Shown: positions 48,062 to 58,526, counted from the first letter of the stretch. The stretch: 64,000 bases of DNA from an uncultured Cellvibrionaceae bacterium (GCA_964342265.1 CAYFFE010000001.1:4362-68361); one strand, 5' to 3'. The notes: generated by a model from the sequence alone, not told the origin. Numbers and translations: made by a program.

Positions 48062-48937
48062 CTACATTTTTAACAATCGAGACTCTTCTGTAAAAGACTC
48101 GTACAAAAAAGCCATTAAGCGCCTTACCTTTTCAACTTTTCTCAAATCCGCATGGGTTAACAGCCATAAACTGTTGGTACCCACCTCGTCTACGCTCACC
48201 AATTTTCGCAAACCATCGGTGGATAAATCCTCGGGCAGAAACGCCAAACCCACGCCAGCTTGGGCGCATTGCGCGAGAGTGGAAATATCATCGCAGCGCA
48301 ACGCAATATTTTGCCCGAGATTGTTTTCCAGCCATGTGTAGGCGCGCTGGTTTTTTAACGCACCGGCGGCCGCGATAATGGGTTGGCCCACGAGTTCGCG
48401 CCAATGTTTAGGTGCATCGTTTAAAACCTGCGATTGAGCGGCGTAAAGACCCCAACGCAAATCACAGACTTTGCGCCCCACGGCGTATTCGGGTGGGTTG
48501 TCGGTTATGCGCACAGCAATGTCGGCTTGGCGGCTGGATAAATTCACCTCTTCATCGGATACCAACAACTCAATTTCCACATCGGGATGCTGCTCATTAA
48601 ATCGCTGAAAATAACGCGGCAAAAAATAACTGGCAAAGCTGTTGGGCGCAGTGACGCGCACGGTTCCCGATAAGCGCTGATTGTGGCCGAGCAGTTCGCG
48701 GGCAATGTCGTCGGCGGTGGCGGCCATAATGCGCGCGCGTGCTCGCAAGGCTTCGCCGGCGTCGGTGAGTTCGTAGTGCCCATTATTGCGTTCGAACAAG
48801 CGGGTGTTGAGGGTGCTTTCGAACTCGCGCAGTTGGCGGAATACCGTTGAGTGGCTGAGCCCCAGCGACTTGGCTGCCTGTTTTAAGTCGCCAAAGTGAG
48901 CGACTTCTAAAAATACCTTAATGCTGTTCCAGTTCAT
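48062..48937 (-). CDS. LysR family transcriptional regulator
   Basis: MNWN..AA..LGLSHSTV.R HTH, LFER, LTDAGE, substrate-binding domain. Confidence 0.95.
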   Translation of the reverse strand: MNWNSIKVFLEVAHFGDLKQAAKSLGLSHSTVFRQLREFESTLNTRLFERNNGHYELTDAGEALRARARIMAATADDIARELLGHNQRLSGTVRVTAPNSFASYFLPRYFQRFNEQHPDVEIELLVSDEEVNLSSRQADIAVRITDNPPEYAVGRKVCDLRWGLYAAQSQVLNDAPKHWRELVGQPIIAAAGALKNQRAYTWLENNLGQNIALRCDDISTLAQCAQAGVGLAFLPEDLSTDGLRKLVSVDEVGTNSLWLLTHADLRKVEKVRRLMAFLYESFTEESRLLKM

Positions 48938-49073
48938 GGGGTAATGCCATTGTAACAATTCAAAATTGCAAGCACAGATGTCAAATACGCCTATCGCGTG
49001 CACTTATGCAAACGTTTATGCTAAATCCCCGATAAACACCTGTAAACAAACTTTGCAACAAAAGGGGATTCGC

Positions 49074-49454
49074 ATGATTGGTTACACCACGGTAGGCACC
49101 GACCACCCGGAACGCGCGGCGCAGTTTTACGACACCGTGCTGGCGGTTATGGGCGCACAACGCAAATTCGAGCACGAGGATTTTATTATTTGGGGCGTCG
49201 AAGACCCGGCCGCGCCCATGTTTTCCATTCACCGGCCACACGATGGCAACGCGGCGAGCGTGGGCAACGGCACTATGATCGGATTAAGAGCGACCAACCC
49301 CGAGCAGGTGGCCGCAGTTCATGAAGCGGCGTTAAAAGCCGGCGGTAAAAATGAAGGCTCGCCGGGTATTCGCCAAGAGGAGCAAGGTTTTTACGCGGCT
49401 TACTTTCGCGATTTAGACGGCAATAAATTAAACGTTCATTGTTTTGTGCAGTAG
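49074..49454 (+). CDS. VOC/glyoxalase family protein
   Basis: MIGYTTVGT, FYD, GNGTM, FYAAYFRDLDGNKL. Confidence 0.93.
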   Translation: MIGYTTVGTDHPERAAQFYDTVLAVMGAQRKFEHEDFIIWGVEDPAAPMFSIHRPHDGNAASVGNGTMIGLRATNPEQVAAVHEAALKAGGKNEGSPGIRQEEQGFYAAYFRDLDGNKLNVHCFVQ

Positions 49455-49462
49455 GAGGCCGT

Positions 49463-50122
49463 ATGCCGCACTATCAATTAATTTCCCATACGCTTTGCCC
49501 GTACGTGCAACGAGTAGCCATTTTAATGCAAGAAAAACACATTCATTTCGAGCGCACAGATATCGATTTATCCAACAAGCCGCCATGGTTTTTATCGTTA
49601 TCGCCGTTTGCTAAAGTGCCGGTTTTAGTGGTCGATAATCAGCAGTCGTTGGTGGAGTCGCAAGCCATTTGCGAATTTTTAGATGAGGTGAGTAACGGCT
49701 CTTTTTATCCGAGCAGCGCCATTGCGCGGGCTCGGCATCGAGCGTTAATTACCACGGGCGATGAGATTTTAGGGTTGCTCGCAAAAATAATTTATCAATG
49801 TAAAACTGCCGAGGAAATTCAAAAACCCGCCGAGGCCATTAACGAAAAATTGCGCTATGTAATGTCTCAGCACTCGGCCGACCGGTATTTTTCGGGCAGT
49901 GAGTTTTATTTAATTGATGGCGTATATGCGACTATTATTCGATATTTTTCCGTCGTCAAAGAATTGTTTGGGTGCAATTTTTTTGCCGATTGGCCGCAAC
50001 TGCAACACTGGTATCAAAGCTTGAGCCAACGGGCTTCTGTTATTAACGCCGTACCGGGCGACTACCAACACTTGCTACGCGAATTTATTATCGACAAAAG
50101 TCCAATGGATTTAGCCGCTTAG
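49463..50122 (+). CDS. Glutathione S-transferase family protein
   Basis: LCPYVQR, IDL.NKP.WF..SP..KVP, ES.AICEFLDE. Confidence 0.93.
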   Translation: MPHYQLISHTLCPYVQRVAILMQEKHIHFERTDIDLSNKPPWFLSLSPFAKVPVLVVDNQQSLVESQAICEFLDEVSNGSFYPSSAIARARHRALITTGDEILGLLAKIIYQCKTAEEIQKPAEAINEKLRYVMSQHSADRYFSGSEFYLIDGVYATIIRYFSVVKELFGCNFFADWPQLQHWYQSLSQRASVINAVPGDYQHLLREFIIDKSPMDLAA

Positions 50123-50134
50123 TTCTATAATTAG

Positions 50135-50161
50135 GTCTATTATTTACGGTAAATAATAGAC
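50135..50161. repeat. Perfect AT-rich palindrome between convergent genes
   Basis: GTCTATTATTTAC-G-GTAAATAATAGAC. Confidence 0.7.
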
Positions 50162-50178
50162 GCTATTTTGTTGCCGCA

Positions 50179-50210
50179 GTGTGATTAACTCCAAGCAGAG
50201 TTAATCACAC
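50179..50210. repeat. Palindromic intergenic element, copy 3 (variant)
   Basis: GTGTGATTAACTC-CAAGCA-GAGTTAATCACAC; same core and 6-nt loop as copies 1 and 2. Confidence 0.6.
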
Positions 50211-50222
50211 AAGCAATGGGGA

Positions 50223-50987
50223 TTAAACGCGATTAATCGAAACACCGCCATCCACTAACAGCGCCGAGCCGGTGGTAAAACTGGACGCATCGCTGGCTAG
50301 ATAAAGCGCCGATTGTGCAATCTCATTCGGCGTGGCAATGCGCTTTAGCGCGTGTAAATTGGCTACAAACTGTTGGGCCTCGGGTGTGTCGGTAAACTCC
50401 GCCGCGGCTGCGGTATCGGTGCCACCGGGCAACAGGGCATTCACGCGAATATTCTGCGGCCCGTATTCGCTGGCGAGCACTTGAGTTAAACCAATCATCC
50501 CCGCTTTACTCGCCGCGTAAGCGCCCATACCTGGCATGCCCGCAGTGTGGCCAACAAAGCTGGAGGTAAAAATAAGCGAGCCGCCACCATTTTCAATCAT
50601 TGCTGGTAATTGGAATTTGGCTGCTAAAAAAGCACTGGTTAAATTGCTTTGTAAAACCTGATTCCAACTCTCTAACGACATCTCCGGTATCGGCCCCATA
50701 TTCCCTAAAATACCCGCGTTATTGAATGCTACATCCAACCGGCCAAACTGTTGCAGTGTTTGCTTAACTAAATGCTGATGAAAACTGGCCTCGCCCACAT
50801 CGCCAACCACCGCCAAAGCGCGGCCACCGCTTTTATTAATGGAATCGACCAGGGTCGCCAACTCAAATTCACGCCGGGCTGCCACAACCACCGCCGCACC
50901 TTCCTCGGCAAATAACCGAGCGGACGCTTCGCCAATACCGGAGCTGGCCCCGGTGATAATAGCCACTTTATTGTCTAGAGCTTTCAT
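50223..50987 (-). CDS. SDR family oxidoreductase
   Basis: TGASSGIG, NNAG, YAASK, IRVNAL.PG. Confidence 0.95.
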   Translation of the reverse strand: MKALDNKVAIITGASSGIGEASARLFAEEGAAVVVAARREFELATLVDSINKSGGRALAVVGDVGEASFHQHLVKQTLQQFGRLDVAFNNAGILGNMGPIPEMSLESWNQVLQSNLTSAFLAAKFQLPAMIENGGGSLIFTSSFVGHTAGMPGMGAYAASKAGMIGLTQVLASEYGPQNIRVNALLPGGTDTAAAAEFTDTPEAQQFVANLHALKRIATPNEIAQSALYLASDASSFTTGSALLVDGGVSINRV

Positions 50988-51165
50988 TGAAATTGCCTCG
51001 CCTAATAATTGTTGAGCGGATTGTTCCGCACCAAGCAATCATAGAATTAAGCAAATAAGGCAACGACCCGAATCTTGCTGTTTATCGGGTAATATGGGCA
51101 AAATGTTTTAAAGCAGGGTTTTAATGGCTCTTAGTGGTGGTAATGTTGATGATGGGCGATATTGC

Positions 51166-52197
51166 TTATCGGCCAGACGGATCATTCAAGCTTTCCAGCC
51201 ACTGTTCGTTTTTCTCGCGAATTTCTTCTTCTGTTAATTCTTTGGGAGCGTCGATTTTGTCGGATTTTGGTTGGCTCGGTTCGGTTTTTTCTTCGTCGAA
51301 CCCGGTAATTTCCTCGGTCTCAATTTGATTTTTTTCGACTTCTTGTATTTCCTCCACCAGCGCCATGTAGGCTTGTTCCAGCTGGGCGCATTCGGCTTGG
51401 CTGCGTTGTAGCTCTTCAGAAACGCCCTCGGCCTCTTCGAGTTGTTTTAACAGTTCAAGATATTGCTGTTCGAGAAATTCACGCTCGCGCTCGGCGCGCT
51501 CCAGCGCGGCTTGTAGCGATTCTCCGTCGTCGTCGGCGTTGGGAATTTGCAATCGTTGCAAGGCACGCTGGGCTTCTTCGGCGGCAGTCTGAGTGGCGAT
51601 TAATTTAGACTGCAGTTTTTTAATGAGGTGGTCGCTTTTTTTGGTTTTGTCGATGTACTCTGCCATGCGTTCGGTGAGTAATCGATGTTCGTCGCGATAG
51701 CGTTTGAGTCGCTGGTTGTGGCGAGTAATTTGTTCAACTTTTTCGTGCAAACTGGCGTTTTCGTTGCGCAGAGAATTGACCTTATGGCGCAGTGAATTAA
51801 CGGTAAACGATTGGTCGTTATCCGCTTGGTTGAGGGTGTTTTCGTCGGCCACTAGACTGGCTTGCCGGTTAATGATTTTTAAGCTGTCGTGCAGTTGCGA
51901 TTCTAAATAGCCCACTTCCTCCTGCAATTCGCTTATGCGGGTGTCGTCGTCATCGAATTCATCGAGAAATTGGTTGATTTTATCCACTGATTGCTGTTGG
52001 TTTTTGTTATTTTGGATCAGTTCTGAAAAGGGATTTTCTTCCTCGTTAGCTGTATTGTTGTTGCTTTTTTTATACTTCTTTTTTAAATGCTGAATGCGCG
52101 TGCGGTATTTAGAGAGAATTATTACAAAAAACAGCCACGACAACAGTAGCAATAATCCTAAATTAACGATAACGGCTACGGCAATATTCAGTGGCAT
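51166..52197 (-). CDS. Membrane-anchored long coiled-coil protein
   Basis: One N-terminal TM helix followed by a basic patch, then E/Q/L heptad-rich sequence and an acidic tail. Confidence 0.8.
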   Translation of the reverse strand: MPLNIAVAVIVNLGLLLLLSWLFFVIILSKYRTRIQHLKKKYKKSNNNTANEEENPFSELIQNNKNQQQSVDKINQFLDEFDDDDTRISELQEEVGYLESQLHDSLKIINRQASLVADENTLNQADNDQSFTVNSLRHKVNSLRNENASLHEKVEQITRHNQRLKRYRDEHRLLTERMAEYIDKTKKSDHLIKKLQSKLIATQTAAEEAQRALQRLQIPNADDDGESLQAALERAEREREFLEQQYLELLKQLEEAEGVSEELQRSQAECAQLEQAYMALVEEIQEVEKNQIETEEITGFDEEKTEPSQPKSDKIDAPKELTEEEIREKNEQWLESLNDPSGR

Positions 52198-52205
52198 AAG
52201 GTTTT

Positions 52206-53096
52206 TTAGGAGGTAACCACGATCATATGGCCCTGGCCGTAGCCGAGTACGGCAATTTCCAGGTCGATGCGATCGGTGGCAGTGGTCAGTATACTTTTTA
52301 ATTTGGCAAACGGTTTTTTAACCAAATTGGCTTGCCCCAATTTTAACTTGGCGGATTGTTGGGTGTTGGTATCTAAAAAGGTTTCGCCAATGGTTTGCAG
52401 AATGGTATCGCAGGCGGTTTTGTATTCGGGTTCAATGCTATTGGCTTGGCAGTTGGCGCGCACGTCGGTCTCCTGCGCGTTTAACACGGCGCCGGCGATG
52501 ATGTTGACGGCATTTTTATCCAGCAGGCAAAGTCCGCGTACTTTGTCGTTGATGGGCGAACAAAAAAACGCGAGCACATAGGGGGTTTTTAATTCGTCGG
52601 CGGAGAGCGGGTCGGTGGGTTCCAAAAACACTTCGCGCAGGGTTTTTTTATTAATGGCTCGTGCCAAATCATCGCTGTTGGCCATGGCGATGACTTCCGG
52701 CGGCGCGTTTTTATAGGCCGTGATTTGTTGTTCTTCTTCGAGTACCGGCAGCACCGTGTTAACCAGCGTGGCCATTTCAAACGGTTTATTAACAATAAAA
52801 CGAGCACCGGCTTGCTTGGCTTCATCGAGGCGGGTTTTTGAGGTCTCGGTGGTAACAAATCCCACTTTTATGCCGAGCATTTCGCGGTTGAGGGAGTGCA
52901 GTAATTCGATGCCGGTCATGCCCGGCATATGCCAATCAGTGATGATTAAATCCGGCTCCCAGTGACGGGCAACATCCAGTGCTTCAATGCCATCGCTGGC
53001 CATTTTTATGTCCAGGTTGCTGTAGCCGGCTTTTTCTAGGCCTCGGCGCACGATGTTTTGAATGGCACGGCTGTCGTCAACGATGAGTATTCGCAC
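52206..53096 (-). CDS. CheY-like response regulator with extra C-terminal domain
   Basis: VDDS, TDWHMP, VTT, KPF intact receiver; about 170-aa C-terminal alpha/beta domain. Confidence 0.9.
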   Translation of the reverse strand: MRILIVDDSRAIQNIVRRGLEKAGYSNLDIKMASDGIEALDVARHWEPDLIITDWHMPGMTGIELLHSLNREMLGIKVGFVTTETSKTRLDEAKQAGARFIVNKPFEMATLVNTVLPVLEEEQQITAYKNAPPEVIAMANSDDLARAINKKTLREVFLEPTDPLSADELKTPYVLAFFCSPINDKVRGLCLLDKNAVNIIAGAVLNAQETDVRANCQANSIEPEYKTACDTILQTIGETFLDTNTQQSAKLKLGQANLVKKPFAKLKSILTTATDRIDLEIAVLGYGQGHMIVVTS

Positions 53097-53107
53097 TGGC
53101 GGGCACC

Positions 53108-53572
53108 TCAGTGGCGAGCATGGCTAATCAATGCGGTGTAAAATGGGCGGTTGGTCGACAGGGCCAAGACTTCGGTTTCGATGGAGTAGTGGGCCAGTAA
53201 ATCGACTAACGCGGGCTTGTTGATTAGTTGTGGCGACTCCATGCTGTCTTCCAGGGCGAATTCGGTTTTTACCGAGCCGGCAATAATGTTGGAAATTTCC
53301 CCAACGGCATCGATGATGTCGGCGTCTTCGACGGCGGGTTCGGGTTTACCGAACATATTGCTGGTCAGTTGCAGGGCTAATCCCGGGTCGATACCCAGTA
53401 AAATAGTGTTGTGCGAGGGCATCATGGCCGTGGCCACAAACCAGGATAAATTGTCCATTAAGCTTTCGTCGATGCAGCCATCAGTGGCATAGGCCAGTGG
53501 CGTGTGCACGTAGCAGTCCCATGTTTTTTGAATGAGTGAAAACAAGCGCCCACTCGCTAAGGACTCAGTCAC
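53108..53572 (-). CDS. CheX-like phosphatase
   Basis: L...MFG and DAVGEISNIIAG (ExxN) motif; GTG start after GAGGT. Confidence 0.8.
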   Translation of the reverse strand: MTESLASGRLFSLIQKTWDCYVHTPLAYATDGCIDESLMDNLSWFVATAMMPSHNTILLGIDPGLALQLTSNMFGKPEPAVEDADIIDAVGEISNIIAGSVKTEFALEDSMESPQLINKPALVDLLAHYSIETEVLALSTNRPFYTALISHARH

Positions 53573-53743
53573 TGACAAACCACCTCTGTAATTTCCTTGC
53601 GATTGCCTTAAAGCAAAACCCAATCTCTCACAAAATATATAGTTCACCGCGATGGTGAGAGCAAATATGTGCCACTGTTTTAATGACGATGGCCCAATAA
53701 TTGTTTTATTGTTTATTACTTAAAGGAATTGGAAGAAGTCACC

Positions 53744-54346
53744 ATGGAGCAGTGGGCAATAGCGTGGCGGCCGGGTATTGGCGACCCTACCATCGGCGGT
53801 TGGATTACGGTGGTTTTGTATTTTGTTGCGGCCTGGGGGGCGTGGCGAGTCTTGCGCCACTCGTCGGAACTGTTCACGCATCGACTTGGCCGCCAGCGGG
53901 CGCTGTGGTTAGTTTTGTGGTTGGCGCTGATTTTTTTGGGTGTGAATAAACAGTTGGATCTGCAATCGCTGATGACCGATATTGGCAGGGTGTTAGCCAA
54001 GCAGCAGGGTTGGTATCAAGATCGTAAGCAAGTACAAGCTGCATTTATCGTTGCCGTGCTTATGGTTGCTTTAATGGTAACGGCGCTGCTGGTTTGGCTG
54101 TATCGCCGTACGCTGCTCTGCAATGGCTTGGCTATTGTTGGCTTTGTGGTGTTAATGGCTTTTATTATGGTGCGTGCCACGTCTTTTCATGGCTCCGATG
54201 TGTTGATTCATTCGAGGCTTATGGGGTTAAAAATAAATTGGTTGCTGGAATGTGGCGGTTTGTTGTTGATTGTCGCCAATGAATGGCTATTGCTGCGAAA
54301 CGGGGATCAACGAGAGCTACAAGAACGTTTACAGACACCAAAATAG
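53744..54346 (+). CDS. Hypothetical integral membrane protein
   Basis: About five hydrophobic segments; WRPGIGDP and NKQLDLQ segments look conserved. Confidence 0.75.
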   Translation: MEQWAIAWRPGIGDPTIGGWITVVLYFVAAWGAWRVLRHSSELFTHRLGRQRALWLVLWLALIFLGVNKQLDLQSLMTDIGRVLAKQQGWYQDRKQVQAAFIVAVLMVALMVTALLVWLYRRTLLCNGLAIVGFVVLMAFIMVRATSFHGSDVLIHSRLMGLKINWLLECGGLLLIVANEWLLLRNGDQRELQERLQTPK

Positions 54347-54421
54347 TCAGTCACCTATCTAGCCACCGAAAAATTCCAGCGGCTGAGAAGGCGCGGTGGG
54401 TAGCGAAGTAAGCGCCTGTGC

Positions 54422-54892
54422 TTAAACCCAGCGTCGTACCCGTTGGCAATAGTCGTTGTATTCCTCGCCAAAAAGCTCTCGCAGTGCCTGCTCTTCAGGA
54501 ACAATTTGCAGCCAAGTCGTTAACACAATAAACAGCACCACACCCACAACCGCCACCGGCGCGGTGAGATACACCACCAATGCCATCAATTGCAGGCAGA
54601 GCCCCAAATACATGGGGTTGCGAGTAAAACGGTACACGCCCGAGGTCACCAAGTTGCGGGTCGAATGCGGGCGCAGGGGGTTGATGGTGGTTTTGGCGCG
54701 GCGAAAAGCCAGCACGGCGCTCAATTCGATCACCAAACCCGCGAGCACCCACAACCCCACCAGCAGCCATTTGGTGGTGGCCGGTACCGCGTAGCTGGCG
54801 CTTATGTTCGCGACATACACCATGGGTCCGGCCATGGCCAGGGCAATTATTGGCGGCGGAATGCGCGCGGCTAAACCGTTAGCACTCGGCAC
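54422..54892 (-). CDS. Isoprenylcysteine carboxylmethyltransferase family protein
   Basis: TTINP, LVTSGVYRFTRNPMYLG, PEE..L..FG.EY..Y...VRRW. Confidence 0.92.
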   Translation of the reverse strand: MPSANGLAARIPPPIIALAMAGPMVYVANISASYAVPATTKWLLVGLWVLAGLVIELSAVLAFRRAKTTINPLRPHSTRNLVTSGVYRFTRNPMYLGLCLQLMALVVYLTAPVAVVGVVLFIVLTTWLQIVPEEQALRELFGEEYNDYCQRVRRWV

Positions 54893-55277
54893 AGTTGTCT
54901 TTTTTGTCTGATTGGGCGGTTTTCTGCTCGGCCAATTGACTGGCCGCCACTTTGGCGTCGTTAAAGCCACCTACGTTCACCGCGTTGGTGTAACCCAATT
55001 CTTCCATAACTTTTAACGCAATACCGGAGCGACGCCCGGAGCGGCAATACAAATACACCGGCGCGTCTTTATCGGGCACGGCCTGCAAAATGGCTTCTTT
55101 AATTTGGGTGTGGGGAATGTTCAATGCGGCGTCGATGTGGCCGGACTGGTATTCGCCTTCGGAGCGCACGTCGAGCCAGATGGCCTGTTGTGAGAGGTCG
55201 TCTGCCACGGCCGCACCGGGCATGGCAACGCCCAGTAGCAGCGCTAATTTGTAAATTACGCGTTTGAATGGAGTCAT
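54879..55277 (-). CDS. Periplasmic rhodanese (PspE-like)
   Basis: Signal peptide, DVR...EY..GHI..A.NIP, YCRSGRRS. Confidence 0.92.
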   Translation of the reverse strand: MTPFKRVIYKLALLLGVAMPGAAVADDLSQQAIWLDVRSEGEYQSGHIDAALNIPHTQIKEAILQAVPDKDAPVYLYCRSGRRSGIALKVMEELGYTNAVNVGGFNDAKVAASQLAEQKTAQSDKKDNCAEC

Positions 55278-55473
55278 GGCATTTGCCTCAGCTTTGCTAT
55301 TTGCTAAAAACATCAATTAACACAAAAAATGAATGCTCATCATAAAACAGTGTATCGGCAATCGCCGATACTTGTATCAAATTCGTGACCTTTGCTCAGG
55401 CTAAATCGGCGCCAACACTGCAATTGCCCGAGCGCTCGCGTACAATAGCGACCACATATTTGCGAGGTTTGTC

Positions 55474-56223
55474 ATGAGCGACGAAAACACCACTCATTTT
55501 GGTTATCAGCGAGTTAACAAAAACGAGAAAGCCGGGCGTGTGGCCGATGTTTTCCATTCGGTGGCGGCCAAATACGATTTGATGAACGATTTGATGTCCG
55601 GTGGTGTGCACCGCTTGTGGAAGCGTTTCACCATTGAGATGTCGGCGGTGCGCAAAGGCCAAAAGGTGTTGGATATAGCCGGCGGCACCGGCGATTTAAG
55701 CTTTGCGTTTGCCAAACTGGTGGGCGATCAGGGTTCGGTGGTGTTGGCCGATATCAACGATTCCATGCTGCGCGTCGGTCGCGATCGCCTCACTGATCGC
55801 GGTTTGGCCGGTAATATCGAATACTGCCAGGCCGATGCCCAGTATTTGCCGTTTCCCGATAACAACTTCGACTGCATCTCCATCGCCTTTGGCCTGCGCA
55901 ACGTCACCGATAAAGATCTGGCCTTGCGCTCCATGTTGCGAGTGTTAAAGCCCGGCGGCCGCTTGTTGGTACTGGAATTTTCTAAGCCCAAAAATCCACT
56001 CATGCAAAAGCTCTACGATCACTACTCGTTTAGCGTGTTGCCGCTGATGGGTAAAGTCATCGCCAACGACAGCGACAGCTATCAGTACCTGGCCGAGAGC
56101 ATTCGCATGCACCCGGATCAAGAAACGCTGCTGGCCATGATGCAAGACGCCGGTTTCGAGCGCTGCCAGTACCACAACATGACCAATGGCGTGGTGGCGC
56201 TGCACGTGGGATTAAAACCTTGA
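55474..56223 (+). CDS. ubiE: Ubiquinone/menaquinone C-methyltransferase
   Basis: [36 protein letters not shown]. Confidence 0.98.
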   Translation: MSDENTTHFGYQRVNKNEKAGRVADVFHSVAAKYDLMNDLMSGGVHRLWKRFTIEMSAVRKGQKVLDIAGGTGDLSFAFAKLVGDQGSVVLADINDSMLRVGRDRLTDRGLAGNIEYCQADAQYLPFPDNNFDCISIAFGLRNVTDKDLALRSMLRVLKPGGRLLVLEFSKPKNPLMQKLYDHYSFSVLPLMGKVIANDSDSYQYLAESIRMHPDQETLLAMMQDAGFERCQYHNMTNGVVALHVGLKP

Positions 56224-56888
56224 TCAGTCAATGGTTGTCGCAGGCACAGCAGTTACTGAGCGAGCCGGGGCCCACCGCCAAAACCGCTTTGTTGCTGGCG
56301 TTAGAGCAGATGATCAATCGAGCATTGGTGTACGATCCCGGCACCCGCGCGGGGCTTACGCGCCTGTCCGGCCAGAGCTTACTGATCAACCTCAAACAAC
56401 CCGACTGGCAAGTGGCCGTTACCGTTGCCGACGACAAAATCGGCTTGCAGGGCCACTGCGAGCAACCCACCACCGAAATCACTGGCAGCGCCGATGCGCT
56501 GCTCGCCTGGGTCGTGAGTGGCGAAACCAGCCTGGCCGATTTTGATATCGAAGTGCGCGGCAGCACTCACTTGCTGATTGAGTGGCAAGCGCTGGCGCGC
56601 GATCTGGATATCGACTGGCAAGATGCGCTATCGCGACTAACCGGCGATCTGGCGGGCCATACCATTGCCGAAACCCTGCGCCAGGTAAGCGGTTGGGCCA
56701 ATCTGCGACGACAAAACATGGGCGATCAACTGGCCGAGTTTGTCATTGAAGAAGGTCAGGTTGTGCCCAACCGGGCGCTGTTTGACGATTTTCGCCAACA
56801 CAATCAGGACCTGCGTTTAACCGTGGATCGCCTGCAAGCGCGCCTCAATCAGGTACGCGAGCAATTGCTGCAAAGGAACGCCGGTTAA
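56220..56888 (+). CDS. ubiJ: Ubiquinone biosynthesis accessory factor
   Basis: SCP2-like domain, LDIDW...L....GD, C-terminal DRL.AR; between ubiE and ubiB. Confidence 0.9.
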   Translation: MISQWLSQAQQLLSEPGPTAKTALLLALEQMINRALVYDPGTRAGLTRLSGQSLLINLKQPDWQVAVTVADDKIGLQGHCEQPTTEITGSADALLAWVVSGETSLADFDIEVRGSTHLLIEWQALARDLDIDWQDALSRLTGDLAGHTIAETLRQVSGWANLRRQNMGDQLAEFVIEEGQVVPNRALFDDFRQHNQDLRLTVDRLQARLNQVREQLLQRNAG

Positions 56889-56897
56889 GGATTAGTT

Positions 56898-58526
56898 GTG
56901 CTCGCACTGTTTCGCATACTGCAAATTATTTATGCAGCGATAAAATTTCGTCTGGATACCTTCATCGACCTGGAGCGTCTGCCCTGGTTGGCGCGGGTTA
57001 TTACTTGGCCTTTAAGATGGTTGCCAGAGCCTAACACCACGCGCGGCCAGCGTTTGTGCGGCTTTTTTGAGCACATGGGGCCTGTGTTTGTTAAGTTTGG
57101 CCAGGTGCTCTCCACCCGGCCCGATCTTATGCCCTACGATTTGGTCGAGCACCTCGACAAGCTGCAAGATGACGTCGCCCCCTTTCCCAGTGATCGGTTC
57201 ATCGAGTTGGTGCAAACCGCTCTAGAAGCCTCCATCGACGAACTGTTTGCACAATTCGACTACCAACCGTTGGCCTCGGCCTCCGTAGCGCAGGTGCACT
57301 GCGCGGTGTTGCACGACGGCCGCCAAGTGGTGGTAAAAGCCGTGCGGCCCGAGCTGGCGCCAATTATCGAAAAAGACATCGCCCTGCTGCGCGTGATTGC
57401 CTGGATAGCTCAGCGCGTCAGTGCCGACGGTAAGCGCCTGCACCTGCCGGAGGTGGTGGAAGACTACCGTCACACCATTCTCGACGAACTGGATTTAATG
57501 CGCGAGGCCTCCAACGCCAGCCAATTGCGGCGCAACTTTAAAGATTCGCCACTGCTCTACGTGCCCGAAGTGTATTGGCCCTATTGCCGCCGCAACGTCA
57601 TGGTGATGGAGCGCATTTACGGCATTCCGGTTACGCACATCGAAGCATTGCACGCACAAAACACCGATATGCGCCGCCTGGCCGAGCGCGGCGTGGAAAT
57701 TTTCTTTACCCAGGTGTTTGAACACAATTTTTTTCACGCCGATATGCACCCGGGCAACATTTTTGTGGCCACCGAACAACCGTGCAATCCCCAGTACATT
57801 GCCGTGGACATGGCGGTGGTGGGATCGCTGTCGCGCGAGGACCAGTACTATTTAGCACGTAATATTTTGGCCATGTTTCGCCGCGATTATCGCCAAGTGG
57901 CCGAGCTGCATGTGTTCAGCGGTTGGGTGCCCGCCGACACCTCCGTGGGTGAGCTGGAAGCCGCCGTGCGCAGTGTGTGCGAACCCATATTCGAAAAACC
58001 GTTGGCGGAAATCTCGTTTGGCCAGGTGTTGATCAGCCTCTTTCAAACTGCTCGTCGCTTTAATATGGAAGTGCAGCCGCAACTGGTCTTGTTGCAAAAA
58101 ACCTTGCTCAACATTGAAGGCTTGGGCCGACAGCTCTATCCAGAGCTGGATCTTTGGTCCACCGCACACCCGTTTATGGAAAAATGGCTGCGCGATCGTT
58201 TCCATCCCAAGTCGCTATTGCGCGAGTTGCGCCGTTACGGGCCAGAGTGGATGGAGAAATTCCCCGAAGTGCCGCACTTGTTGTTCAACAATTTAGAGCG
58301 CTTTGTGGAACTGGCCGAAATGGCACCAAAACTGGAAGAAGCCGGTCGCGCGGTGGCCGTTCGCGAGCGCAAAAAGCGCCACAAACTGCGATTTTTGTGG
58401 CTGCCGTTGGCCCTGGCTGCCGCACTCAGCGCCTGGCCTGCGGCCTGGCAGTGGCTGATGGATTTATCGCCCTATACGCTGGGCTTGGCGGCACTGGCGC
58501 TATTGGCCTGGTTGATAGTGGGTTAG
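56898..58526 (+). CDS. ubiB: Ubiquinone biosynthesis kinase-like protein
   Basis: GPVFVKFGQ, ASASVAQVH, FFHADMHPGN, QPQLVLLQKT. Confidence 0.97.
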   Translation: MLALFRILQIIYAAIKFRLDTFIDLERLPWLARVITWPLRWLPEPNTTRGQRLCGFFEHMGPVFVKFGQVLSTRPDLMPYDLVEHLDKLQDDVAPFPSDRFIELVQTALEASIDELFAQFDYQPLASASVAQVHCAVLHDGRQVVVKAVRPELAPIIEKDIALLRVIAWIAQRVSADGKRLHLPEVVEDYRHTILDELDLMREASNASQLRRNFKDSPLLYVPEVYWPYCRRNVMVMERIYGIPVTHIEALHAQNTDMRRLAERGVEIFFTQVFEHNFFHADMHPGNIFVATEQPCNPQYIAVDMAVVGSLSREDQYYLARNILAMFRRDYRQVAELHVFSGWVPADTSVGELEAAVRSVCEPIFEKPLAEISFGQVLISLFQTARRFNMEVQPQLVLLQKTLLNIEGLGRQLYPELDLWSTAHPFMEKWLRDRFHPKSLLRELRRYGPEWMEKFPEVPHLLFNNLERFVELAEMAPKLEEAGRAVAVRERKKRHKLRFLWLPLALAAALSAWPAAWQWLMDLSPYTLGLAALALLAWLIVG

